A DNA stretch of 48,445 bases from contig NC_069000.1 of NCBI RefSeq assembly GCF_001194135.2, forward strand, positions 15,760,175-15,808,619. The letters are read 5' to 3'. The DNA comes from Octopus bimaculoides. Lineage: Eukaryota. A program made the translations under genes and the position numbers. Shown here in pieces: positions 1 through 12,900 of the stretch. Numbering within the stretch: position 1 is the first letter of the stretch; the number at the start of each line of letters is the position of its first letter. The notes under the pieces are model-generated. The model ran no database searches. It was given only the letters and a program-made list of their open reading frames with translations, and was not told the origin of the DNA.

Positions 1-1
1 G

Positions 2-78
<77 letters not shown>

Positions 79-167
79 ATGTCTGTATATGTGTGTATAT
101 GTATATGTGTGTATATATGTGTGTATGTACATGTATGTGTGTGTATATATATATGTGTGTGTGTGTG

Positions 168-208
<41 letters not shown>

Positions 209-305
209 GTGTGTGTGGGTATATATATGCATGTATGTATGTATATGTACACAAAGGGCTGCAGACACACCTATACAAATATGTAGACAGAGGCACACAG
301 CATAT

Positions 306-345
<40 letters not shown>

Positions 346-385
346 TACATACTGACAGGCAGACAGACACAGACTACTACACAGA
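1..385. repeat. Compound TA/TG/CA microsatellites
   Basis: Visible directly; they generate the VCVC/YIYI pseudo-ORFs. Confidence 0.95.
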
Positions 386-916
386 CAGACAGACACACAT
401 CCACAACAAAGACAAAAAAAAAAATGTTTCAATGTCCCTTTTGTTAAATCTTCTTTTAAAGTCCAGAAGAAACAAAAACATAAGCAGCAGGGGTTTGGCA
501 GGTGGCGGAAAGGAGGATGATGAGGATAGGGAGGGGGAAGAGAGGGAGGAGACAGAATCCTCTAATTGGTAACTAATTATAGTTGAAGCCATAATTGTAT
601 GTATGTATGTATGTTTATGTATGTATGCATGTATGTATGTATGTATGTATGTATGTATGTGTCCAGAATGAATTGAAGAAAATATTCATAATAACTCTCA
701 TGTAAATTTCATTCCCATTCAAAACTTGACCTTTTATAATGGAACACTTTTATGACACTGCAACTCCTCATGTACATGACACAACACGACACACACACAC
801 ACACACACACATACACACACACACACACAAACACATTCTTACACTACCCATCGTACCAAATGAGTTAGCAGGAGAGCCTCTACATGGTTGTTCAGTCTGC
901 AAGAAATAACAGTCAA

Positions 917-1025
<109 letters not shown>

Positions 1026-1169
1026 TGTTTCAAACTGCAACTACAATCTTAAAATAAGGGAAGGTCACATTGGATGAATTAGTTACAGACCCACCCCTAA
1101 AACGAAGGGAAGACGGTGGCTTGAAGACCTTTGATCATTGCTCTGCACAATTAGGGTTGGGCTGGAGTT

Positions 1170-1915
1170 AAACAACAGCATACCACTCTGCAACACTTCA
1201 CACTGCACTGCTTCACTATGCACCACTCCATACCACTCCATGTCAGGTTGCACCACTGCGCACTACTCTGCAGCACTCCACGCCAAACCATGCCACTCCA
1301 CGCCATGCTACAGAACACACCACTCTACACAAACTCACATCATATCATACCACTTCCCACAACATCATACTACTATAGGACACACCTTTCCACACCACAT
1401 AACATCCACCAAAAAGCCAGCCTCCACTAAAAACAACTTCAACTAAAAACCAACCTCCACACAAAAAAAAATCACACAATAAATAATCCAAATCAGAAAC
1501 CATCGTCCAACAAAAACCAACCCCCACTAAAAACAACCTCCTACAAAAAACGAACCTCCATGCAATAGGACAATGATAATCACAATGAACAACCCAATCC
1601 AAAAAAATATTATCCACCAAAAACCAACCTCCACTGTAAACAACCTCCACTAAAAACATCTACTGGAAAACAAACCTCCAGGCAAAAAAAAAGTGACAGC
1701 CACATAGCAAACAACTGAACCCGAAATCCAACCTCCACCAAAAACCAGTCTCCACTAAAAAGAACTTCTACTGAAAAACAAACCTCCAATAAAAAAAAAA
1801 AAAATTCCCACGCAAAAAAAAGCAACAACTACACAATAAACAATCCAACCTTAAAACCAACCTCCACCAAAAAAAAACCATCATCTACTAAAAGCCAGCC
1901 TCCACACAAACAGCT
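1170..1915. repeat. Degenerate C/A-rich minisatellites
   Basis: ~10-nt CACCACTCCA units, then recurring AAAAACCAACCTCCACT units. Confidence 0.75.
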
Positions 1916-2783
1916 AGAAATAATACCCAAATTTTCATCAATTCATATTGCTATTTTAGGAACAGTAACATTGGATAATGTGGTCCTAATTTCTTTTAGG
2001 CCCAAATGAGCCTAAATATGGTTATTCTGTTTGTTAGAAATAACAGCCAAATCTCTCTTTCTGTTTCTATTTCTATTTCAAATCTCAACTACAGTCTTAA
2101 AATAAGGGAAGGTCACATTGGATAGAATAATTACAAGACTGAAAACTGAAATTACAGCACTCCCAGTCACTACACAGGACACCCAGTCCATCACAGGGTT
2201 AACCTCCCAACTGTTGCTAGAACTCACAAACAACTAGGCCATGTACCCTTGCCCTAGTTATTGTGCATGAAATCACCATCGTACAATCGCGAAAGCAACA
2301 CCCTATCTACTAGGCCACATTGCTCTTGCCCTGGTTTTTGTGCACGAAGGAAAATTTATGAGACAGCCATGGCTGGAATGTCTTTGATCACAGATCCACT
2401 TAATTACAGCTAACCCAAGACTAAACAACAATAACAACCCCCTGAAACAACTGCCCCCCTCCCCCACCTCCACTACCATATAACAACTAACACAAGAAAA
2501 AAAGTGAAAAATAAAACAAAAACAACCTGCTCACAAAAGGCAACCCCGTTCCAAAGAAAACAAACTCCAGTAAAAGAAACCCCACATCCAAATATAAATG
2601 ATGCTCCCCACCTTTGCAAGAAAAAGAAGACAACAACTGAACCAAAAAATAAAAAATTTTAAAAAAAAGGATGATAAACACACATGTTTGTTATTGTTTA
2701 GAAACGATACACTGTTTCAAATTAAATGCACTGTGAAATAGAAGTTCCTTGTGTTCTTAATAGCCGAGTGATGGGTGGTGGTG

Positions 2784-2848
<65 letters not shown>

Positions 2849-4031
2849 GGTGGTGGTGGTNNNNNNNNNNNNNNNNNNNNNNNNNNNNNNNNNNNNNNNN
2901 NNNNNNNNNNNNNNNNNNNNNNNNNNNNNNNNNNNNNNNNNNNNNNNNNNNNNNNNNNNNNNNNNNNNNNNNNNNNNNNNNNNNNNNNNNNNNNNNNNNN
3001 NNNNNNNNNNNNNNNNNNNNNNNNNNNNNNNNNNNNNNNNNNNNNNNNNNNNNNNNNNNNNNNNNNNNNNNNNNNNNNNNNNNNNNNNNNNNNNNNNNNN
3101 NNNNNNNNNNNNNNNNNNNNNNNNNNNNNNNNNNNNNNNNNNNNNNNNNNNNNNNNNNNNNNNNNNNNNNNNNNNNNNNNNNNNNNNNNNNNNNNNNNNN
3201 NNNNNNNNNNNNNNNNNNNNNNNNNNNNNNNNNNNNNNNNNNNNNNNNNNNNNNNNNNNNNNNNNNNNNNNNNNNNNNNNNNNNNNNNNNNNNNNNNNNN
3301 NNNNNNNNNNNNNNNNNNNNNNNNNNNNNNNNNNNNNNNNNNNNNNNNNNNNNNNNNNNNNNNNNNNNNNNNNNNNNNNNNNNNNNNNNNNNNNNNNNNN
3401 NNNNNNNNNNNNNNNNNNNNNNNNNNNNNNNGTGAGTGGTGGTGGTGGTGGTGGATGGTGGTAGTGGTGGATGGTGGTAGTGGTGGGTGTTGGTGGTGGT
3501 GGTGGTGGTGGTGTTGTTGTTGTTGGTGGTGGTGGTTGTGGTAGCAATAGTAGGGATGAGAAGGGAGGGGGAGGAGGAGAAGAAGAAAAAAATGGTGACA
3601 ATGGAGGAGGAGGAGGAGAAAAAGAATGCTTGTGTTAGTAATATGCATTTTCCAGTAATTAGTTCCATTAAAAATACAGAACAGACCCCTATAATCCTAC
3701 CACTGACACCACCAGAGATCAAAGGAATGAATCTGGTTCTGTTTTGTCATTGGTGTTCATTTATTTTGAAAGCATTTCTAAGTCCCACACAATATAAATC
3801 AACCCTGTCATTTATACATACATACATACATACATACATGCACACATGCATACATACACACACACATACATACATATAGATATGTGTGTGTATGTATGTA
3901 AATATGTATATGATATTTACTTTACTTTATATTATACTCATTTATTGTGCTTTTAATTATTAATTTTTCTTTATGTGATAGTGGATTTTCATCGATGAGT
4001 TCTTGAAACTTGGTTATTTTCCCTAAAACTA

Positions 4032-4070
<39 letters not shown>

Positions 4071-4073
<3 letters not shown>

Positions 4074-4242
4074 AGAATATACAAAAAATAACAACAGACG
4101 AGGACAGGTGGTGTAAATAACAAAAGTATATATTAGTATGACGCTCGGGAATACGGAAAGTCTTTGACGTTTCGAGCTACGCTCTTCAACAGAAAGAATA
4201 CGGAGACAAGGAGAAAAACACGGAGAAAAAAAATTGAATAGT
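4071..4242 (-). mobile_element. Penelope-like terminal repeat (pLTR) end
   Basis: Same strand as the endonuclease, across the gap. Contains CTGTTGAAGAGCGTAGCTCGAAACGTC and ends at a (TA)n tract. Confidence 0.7.
4161..4197 (-). ncRNA. Candidate minimal type I hammerhead ribozyme (variant core)
   Basis: Stem I TCTTT/AAAGA; core CTGTTGA-A; stem II GAGC-GTA-GCTC; GAAA; palindromic ACGT stem III; GUC cleavage triplet. Confidence 0.55.
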
Positions 4243-5238
4243 NNNNNNNNNNNNNNNNNNNNNNNNNNNNNNNNNNNNNNNNNNNNNNNNNNNNNNNNNN
4301 NNNNNNNNNNNNNNNNNNNNNNNNNNNNNNNNNNNNNNNNNNNNNNNNNNNNNNNNNNNNNNNNNNNNNNNNNNNNNNNNNNNNNNNNNNNNNNNNNNNN
4401 NNNNNNNNNNNNNNNNNNNNNNNNNNNNNNNNNNNNNNNNNNNNNNNNNNNNNNNNNNNNNNNNNNNNNNNNNNNNNNNNNNNNNNNNNNNNNNNNNNNN
4501 NNNNNNNNNNNNNNNNNNNNNNNNNNNNNNNNNNNNNNNNNNNNNNNNNNNNNNNNNNNNNNNNNNNNNNNNNNNNNNNNNNNNNNNNNNNNNNNNNNNN
4601 NNNNNNNNNNNNNNNNNNNNNNNNNNNNNNNNNNNNNNNNNNNNNNNNNNNNNNNNNNNNNNNNNNNNNNNNNNNNNNNNNNNNNNNNNNNNNNNNNNNN
4701 NNNNNNNNNNNNNNNNNNNNNNNNNNNNNNNNNNNNNNNNNNNNNNNNNNNNNNNNNNNNNNNNNNNNNNNNNNNNNNNNNNNNNNNNNNNNNNNNNNNN
4801 NNNNNNNNNNNNNNNNNNNNNNNNNNNNNNNNNNNNNNNNNNNNNNNNNNNNNNNNNNNNNNNNNNNNNNNNNNNNNNNNNNNNNNNNNNNNNNNNNNNN
4901 NNNNNNNNNNNNNNNNNNNNNNNNNNNNNNNNNNNNNNNNNNNNNNNNNNNNNNNNNNNNNNNNNNNNNNNNNNNNNNNNNNNNNNNNNNNNNNNNNNNN
5001 NNNNNNNNNNNNNNNNNNNNNNNNNNNNNNNNNNNNNNNNNNNNNNNNNNNNNNNNNNNNNNNNNNNNNNNNNNNNNNNNNNNNNNNNNNNNNNNNNNNN
5101 NNNNNNNNNNNNNNNNNNNNNNNNNNNNNNNNNNNNNNNNNNNNNNNNNNNNNNNNNNNNNNNNNNNNNNNNNNNNNNNNNNNNNNNNNNNNNNNNNNNN
5201 NNNNNNNNNNNNNNNNNNNNNNNNNNNNNNNNNNNNNN

Positions 5239-5470
5239 CACGGCGCAAACGGGAGTCCGGATGGCCCCTGTGCATGGACAATCCAAACACAGACAGGTGT
5301 TGCCGCAAGGAGTGGCCGGCAGAACGGAAGTGGCGTGACACCGGGGTGTCATTGCCGACGTTGATATCTCGGAGGTGTTCCGCGAATCGGTCGGCCAGGC
5401 GCCGCCCCGTTTGTCCGATGTACAGGGATTGGCAGAGAGAGCAGGAGAGGCAATATATGATGTTGGTAGA
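5239..5470 (-). mobile_element. Penelope-like element GIY-YIG endonuclease fragment
   Basis: Open frame STNIIYCLSCSLCQSLYIGQTGRRLADRFAEHLRDINVGNDTPVSRHF fits the Penelope IY..CxxC..YIGQT..R..EH pattern. Runs into the gap. Confidence 0.9.
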
Positions 5471-5984
5471 TATATATATATATATATATATTTAGATGAT
5501 AATATACACACACACACATCATCATAATCAACATTGTCATTTAATGTCTGTTTTCCATGCTGGCATGGGTTGGACGGCTTGACCAACCACTCCACAGAGT
5601 GTACTGGGTGCCTTTTATGTAGCACCAGCACCGATATCAATTCTGCTGTGGTGGACAGGTCTTCTTGAGTACAGCAAAGTGCCAGATATTTCGGTCTTTA
5701 GTCATCTCTTTCATAAGGCTCATTGTCTCAAGATCAACCTTACTCACACACATACACACACACATAACATGTGTATGACTGTGAAGTCATATGACATAGT
5801 AGTGAGGTTGTTGCTCTCATGATTGAAGCTCATGGTTTTGATTCCCAGATTGATGGTACATTGTATTCTTCAGCAAAACCCTTCACTTCACATACACACA
5901 TACATGCGTGCATACACATACACATGCGTGCGCATGCACACACACACACGCACACATCTGAAAAGTAATGAGCGTCCTACCTAC

Positions 5985-6316
5985 CTGCATGTTTGAAGAT
6001 CTTTCAAGAAGATCACTGGAGTTATCAGTGAAATGTGGAGCAGGGCTCCCGCAGTTTGCTGGATCATTCCCTTTGCGGTACCTGTCTCGACCACGCAATA
6101 CAGCTGATTGCTCACGAGATATGGGCAATGGACTAAGAGCACCGGCTGGGTCCAATACTTCTGATGTACGAGTGAAAGGTATAAAATCTCCTTCTTTCAC
6201 TGGACCCTGCAATGGGGAGTTATCTGAATATTTTTTTGCTTTAAGTAATGGTTGTGGCTGTTGTGGTACCCGTTTATAATCATCGTAATTGTATTTATTG
6301 ACTTCAACGTTTGAAT
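5985..6316 (-). CDS. CCDC66: CCDC66-like exon (NSNVEVNK...[27 protein letters not shown]...SSNMQ), phase 1 to 0
   Basis: Acceptor catcctcag, donor CAG|gtaggt. The F.P..RT...LDP motif resembles the CCDC66 C-terminal region (from memory). Confidence 0.82.
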
Positions 6317-7195
6317 CTGAGGATGAATTGAGTTTGCAGAAAATATAGAAGGTGATCAGGCATATCAGAAAATAATTAGAATATTAATACAATCATGTTA
6401 ATTCATTAGTACATTCATGCTAATTATTAGAACAATAATGCTAATTCATGCCATATTTATATATCTACTATACAGGTTACATATATCATAAGCTGTGCAT
6501 TGTGTTCTTGAGCAAGACACTTCATTTCACATTGCTCCAGTTCACTCAGTTACAGAAATGAATTGTGATGTCACTGGTGCCAAGCTGTATCAGCCTTTGC
6601 CTTTTCCTTGAATAACATCAGTGGCATGGAGATAGAAGCCTGGCATGTATGGGTGACTGCTGGTCTTCCATTAAACAACCTTGCCTGGACTTGTGCTTCG
6701 GAGAGGAACTTTCTAGGTGCAACCCCATGGTCATTCACAACCAAAGGGGGTCTTGTTATCATACCTTGATACTGTGTGGACTGAGAGCCTCACTTACAGG
6801 CCACTGATATTAAATAAAAGTGTTAAACATATATGGTATGCAAATTAGTGGCCCCGCTTCTCTAAAGCTACCAGATTTGTTGTGTATAAATGGATTGGTT
6901 AGTTATATTTCTGGGATTGGTCAGAGGATGTAGACACCCCTGATGAGACTTCAATAATGTTTGAAAATCAATTGAGGGGTTACTCTTCAACTCTTTTACT
7001 TGTTTCAGTCATTTGACTACAGCCATGCTGGAGCACCACCTTTAGTCGAGCAAATCGACCCCAGGACTTATTCTTTGTAAGCCTAATAATTATTCTATCG
7101 TTCTCTTTTGCAGAACCGCTAAGTTACAGGGACATAAACACACCAGCATCGGTTGTCAAGCAATGTTGGGAGGACAAACGCAGACACACAAACAT

Positions 7196-7250
<55 letters not shown>

Positions 7251-9923
7251 CATATATACGATGGGCTTCTTTCAGTTTCCGTCCACCAAATCCACCCACA
7301 AGGCTTTGGTCGGCCCGAGGCTATAGTAGAAGACACTTGCCCAAGGTGCCACGCAGTGGGACTGAACTCGGAACCATGTGGTTGGTAAGCAAGCTACTTA
7401 CTTTTGTTTTTTTTCTGTGTATGGAGAAATAGTCAAATTCGCCATATTTTTATGTCCACCATGTAGGTTTATATATAAGACCCAAGTCGTTTTCTACTTA
7501 GATCTTAAGAAAGAAGTTGGTAGGGTTCAACAAGAGCTGGATTTAGGCAATAACTAAATAAATAAATAAACTAAACCCACTACAGATTAGAGTCTTTCAA
7601 TCTTCAGAAACCTTCAGATATTCATGCTCAAATCTGCCAGAACTTATTAAGAATGAATAGATATGTAGTAGGAATATTTGGCAACCAGATCATTATATCC
7701 AATGTTGCAATTTACTAAGATATTACCAATGTCATGAAAAAAAATCTGACCAATCAAGACTTTGCGTGATAATGGCTCCAACAAGAATTTAATTTTTGGT
7801 GTTCTTGGCCAAAAACCACCACTTTATATTCAGCACAGCTAACCCCAACTAACAGTAAATGGTAGACAGTAGACATCAAACTGGTCACAAAAGATAGCAG
7901 TAAACAAAACGGTGAATAGCAGCTGACCCATGTGCTGGATCAACACAAAGGCAAATGATCAGATGGCAAACAAAAGACATCAGAAGGCAGTAGCACAACC
8001 AGCAGCTAACCACAATGGACAAACAGCAACAGCAACACAAGGACCAGCTAACATTTTGCCTGCTGCTACATTCACACCAATCCAAGAACAACAATCTTCA
8101 AACTCTCACAATATTTTGTCATTCGCAGTAATGACATCCTTTTATTTTTGTCTATGAAAAGAATAAATACTTTGTTTATCAAAAATCTGAAACAGAACTC
8201 AGTATAACACATACATTATGATACATATTCAATTTTTAAGAAACTTCCTGATGTCATTTTTTTAACAAAGTGCCTTTAACGACTTCACCCAATCTAAATC
8301 CAGCAATGAGTTAAATGTTGCATTTCTTACCTAAGACCAGAACCTCTCTCTCTCTCTCTCTCTCTTACTTTACATAAAGACTGGCAGAGGGCTGAGTTAA
8401 TAGGCTATAGGACTGAGTTAATAGATTATAAAGTTATATTAAAAGGTTACAGTATGTCACAATGTGACATACTGTAACCTTTTAATATAACTTTATAATC
8501 TATTAACTCAGTCCTATAGCCTATTAACTCAGCCCTCTGCCAGTCTTTATGTAAAGTAAGAGAGAGAGAGAGAGAGAGAGGTTCTGGTCTTAGGTAAGAA
8601 ATGCAACATTTAACTCATTGCTTACAACCTATTAGGATGAATCTATTGATTGGTTCAACCAACCAACCAACAAGGGGAACCTCTACCTCTGACTTAACCA
8701 AAAGCTTTGTCTTGTTAGCTATGGAAAACTTGCTAGCTTGTATCCTGTCACCTGAACTGTGCTGTACCCATGATCATCCAAAGGTGCTTAACTTTCTCTA
8801 GTCTGTTCTACTTTGTTGTTGTTAGATACCAACAGGTTGGTGCAACTCAGTGTTGCGTGCAGCAGGAGCAGTGTATGATTGCCAAGTGTTTTGTTTGCTA
8901 TCAATAACCAAATTTAAAACCTAGCGCAAGTAAGATCTATGAATGGATGGATTTAGCCAAGTTGACATGCTTGAGATACACATCATAAGATGTTGTTGAA
9001 GAAATGTTTTGACTGGAGGTCAAATGTCACACAAAGCAGAGGTAAGTTACCTAGACAGCACTAGAATGAGAAGCAAGTCAAAGTGACCCCTTGGATATTG
9101 TTGGACCTCTGCATTACATAATGCAGGATCAAATTTCCATGGAAACATGATTATGTACTTGCAGAGTCCGCTTTGGCCTATGTTAGCACAATCCTCTGAT
9201 CTTCGTTAAAATGATGCTAATGAAAGCAATAGTAATGATGAACAGGATGAGGAGAGTGTAGATGATGACAATACCAGCCATGATGACAACAACAGTCATG
9301 ATGACAATAACAGATGTTATTGATGATGATGCTGATGCTGCTGCTGATGATGATGATTATGATGATGATGATGCTCTTATGAAATAGTTGACACTTTAAA
9401 AAAACAGAACAGAATGCATTAGAATACTAAACTTCGGTACCAATTGTACATTTTCTTTTGTACAAGATGTTGTTAAAGCTACTTTATGGGAAAGAAAAAC
9501 TGTCCTATTTTGCAACCAATCATATACGGAATCTGTTCAGTCGTTTGTTTATTCATTTATTTTTATTTGTTTATTTATTTATTTATCTATTTATCTACTG
9601 ACAGGGTGGGGTCGCAAAGAGAGAATGTAGACGTGTAAACATGCAAACCAATCCAACCCCAAGCTGACATAGCAACAGCAAAACGGATGTAAGAACTGAA
9701 GATGTCAGAAGGAATTAAAGAATTCTGCAGTTGTTTCAAATTGCCAACTGAATATATTTGCAAAAGAAAGAGATCTCGCGTAATAATAATAATAAATAAT
9801 AACAATTATTATTATTTTTATTATTATTATTATTATTATAAACCCTGAAGCAGTTCTCTCCCCTTAAAGGGAAAGGTCACCCTCTTTTTTATTTCTTAGT
9901 AAATTCTCTCTCTCTCTCTCTCT

Positions 9924-9961
<38 letters not shown>

Positions 9962-12900
9962 CTTTTACTCCAAAAGCAACTGTAGGTGGCAGCACTAACA
10001 GTCACCAGTCAAATTTCCCACATGTAAGAAAAAAATTTTTTCCAATAAAAACAAAAAGAAAAAAAAAATCCCTTCTATCACAAAATATTTTTTTTAAATA
10101 AACAAAAAGTAAACAAACAAATTAAATAACCAAAGATAGCTTTGCACAATTTAAGATAAAGACATAAACAATTTAGGATAAAAACTGCAAGAAATGTAAA
10201 AAAAAAAAAAAAAATTTTTTAAATTAAAAAAAGTAGCAAAGTGTAAAAATAGTTAGAAAATTTAGTGCCAAAATCTTACTCGTTTTGGTATTTTGTTTGT
10301 TAGTTTGCAATTTCCTGTTAGACGTTGGCATAGGAGGGGAACTATGGTGTCGTGAAAATCTTACTGGTGCCTTTTTCTGAAAAACACTTTTCAGCGGTGA
10401 TGTTGTTGATTTAGTTCTTGCTGTTGGTTTTGTTGTTGTTTCTGTTTTGGTTGTTCTTGATGGTGGTGGCTGTGTTCGTTTGTTTCTTAGTCTTGACACA
10501 CGAGGAGACGGTGGTCCATTAAATTCGTCACCAGCCTTAATTGTAACTGGGTCGTGTGATTCGCTGCAAGACTGTCTAAGAATGTTTGAAGTGTTGTAAT
10601 CTACAAGCTGATCATTGGAACCATCTGTTTCCCAAGTTGGAGTTTGAAGCTTTCTGCTTGTGATATTTTTCTTTGACTTTCTTTGAAGAAGGGGTAGCTG
10701 ATTTGAAGATTTAGTTGGTTTTGAGCCTAAATTAAAATGTGATTTAAAATATATTATGATATAATATAATATAATATAATATAATATAATGTAATATAAT
10801 GGTTTCAAATTTTGGTACAAGGTTGGCAACTTTTTAAAGAAAGATGTAAAACAATAACATTGACTCCCAAGTGTTCAACTGGTACTTATTTTATGGACCT
10901 TGAAAAAATGAAAGGCTAAGTCAACTTTGGCTGTATTTGAAACACAAAACAAAAAAACCAGAAGAAATGCTGCTAAGCATTTTGTCAGGCATGCTAACAA
11001 TTCTGCCAACTCATATACTGAAATAAAAATTTAAAAAATTAAAATAGAATAAATATATAATAAAATAACATGGAAATGAAATAACATAAAATGAAATAAA
11101 GATAAGAAAAAAACAAGAAAAGAATCTAATGACATACCAGTGATACTTTGGAGTCCCTGCCTTCTTTTATTTGTAGGTTTGATTGTTCTCATCATCTCAT
11201 TGTGATTATCAAGCTTTAGCTCAGAGGGAAACTTCTTCTTCGTCTCACCAACATCAGCAGCAGCAGTAGCAATAAACACCTCATCATCGTCATCATCATC
11301 ATCATACAGGTATCCACTTTCTCCATTAATCAAGTGGTACAAACTCTTCTTGTCTCCTCCATAAATGCCATCTAATCATACACAGAAAATTAAATTAATA
11401 AATATATATATATATATATATATATACACAGCTGAAATTGCAAAGATAATCTGGAACTCGACTGAGGAAAGAAAATTCTGAATGACCCATCCTTGTTTTC
11501 TTTGTATTGTCTGTCTCGATGTTTTGTTGTCCCTTTTTTTGTATCACGTAACTGTCTGGNNNNNNNNNNNNNNNNNNNNNNNNNNNNNNNNNNNNNNNNN
11601 NNNNNNNNNNNNNNNNNNNNNNNNNNNNNNNNNNNNNNNNNNNNNNNNNNNNNNNNNNNNNNNNNNNNNNNNNNNNNNNNNNNNNNNNNNNNNNNNNNNN
11701 NNNNNNNNNNNNNNNNNNNNNNNNNNNNNNNNNNNNNNNNNNNNNNNNNNNNNNNNNNNNNNNNNNNNNNNNNNNNNNNNNNNNNNNNNNNNNNNNNNNN
11801 NNNNNNNNNNNNNNNNNNNNNNNNNNNNNNNNNNNNNNNNNNNNNNNNNNNNNNNNNNNNNNNNNNNNNNNNNNNNNNNNNNNNNNNNNNNNNNNNNNNN
11901 NNNNNNNNNNNNNNNNNNNNNNNNNNNNNNNNNNNNNNNNNNNNNNNNNNNNNNNNNNNNNNNNNNNNNNNNNNNNNNNNNNNNNNNNNNNNNNNNNNNN
12001 NNNNNNNNNNNNNNNNNNNNNNNNNNNNNNNNNNNNNNNNNNNNNNNNNNNNNNNNNNNNNNNNNNNNNNNNNNNNNNNNNNNNNNNNNNNNNNNNNNNN
12101 NNNNNNNNNNNNNNNNNNNNNNNNNNNNNNNNNNNNNNNNNNNNNNNNNNNNNNNNNNNNNNNNNNNNNNNNNNNNNATATATGCAAGTGCAGGCATGGT
12201 TGTGTGGGTAAAAAAGAGGTCACTTTGCAACTACATGGTTTTGGGTTCAATCCCACTGCATGCCACCTTCAACAAGTGTCTTCTACTTTTGCCCCAAGAC
12301 AACAAATACCTTGTGACTAAATCTGATAGACAGAAACTGTGTGGAATCCTGTCATATGGGTGTGTGTGTCCATGTGTACATGTAAAAGCACATTGGCATG
12401 TAAAAGCACTTGTTACACTCTCAGAACAGTTGACCTAAAGAAGGGCACCCACCCATAGAAACCATGCCAAATCAGACTGTAGTCTAGTGCAGCCCCTTAG
12501 CTTGCCAGCCCTGGTCAAACCAGCCAACCCATACCAGCATGGACAATGGATGTTGAATGATGATGATGAGGATGATGTTGGTGATATCTAGTGTATATAT
12601 ATATCACAGTGTGTGCATAATGACTAACGCATACAATTTCACAATTCTCAACTGATTTTCATCAAACTTTACACAAACATTACTTATGTCCCAAGGATGG
12701 TCATGCACTATAACATTTTGCCCAAAATTCCTGCATAAATGGATGTAAATGGACATAGTTTTTTGTATGTAGGGTCTTCCATATGTTTTAATCTTTTTAT
12801 AAAAGTGAAATGATTTTGTCTATTTACTTTGACTATCTACCTGTGCAGTGAACCATTCAGGAAACAGAATTTGGAAGCTGTCATTTTGTTTTCATGTAAA

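Noticed and set aside
25-572. VCVC/YIYI/THTH/ERER-type ORFs here and elsewhere
   Set aside because: Translations of dinucleotide microsatellites.
7124-7432. Recurrent ORFs such as [10 protein letters not shown]... and [11 protein letters not shown]... (also 28091, 28156, 44160)
   Set aside because: Chance frames of the non-coding SINE family A.
7930-8157. Q/A/T-rich plus-strand ORF ([10 protein letters not shown]...)
   Set aside because: Short, no good splice sites or domain, and antisense within an intron.
8835-9041. Strong plus-strand donor GAG|gtaagt at 9041
   Set aside because: All three upstream frames contain stops. A non-coding antisense exon cannot be supported without RNA data.
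9587-9747. Phase-1-compatible acceptor giving [11 protein letters not shown]...SVDK-stop
   Set aside because: No recognisable homology, and it would bypass the conserved 6316 exon. At most a weak alternative terminal exon.
10224-10279. Reading exon 10726 through to the stop at 10224 as the terminal exon
   Set aside because: The tail ([18 protein letters not shown]) is intron-like, and the donor at 10280 joins in phase to the motif-bearing exon 6316. An intron-retention isoform is not excluded.
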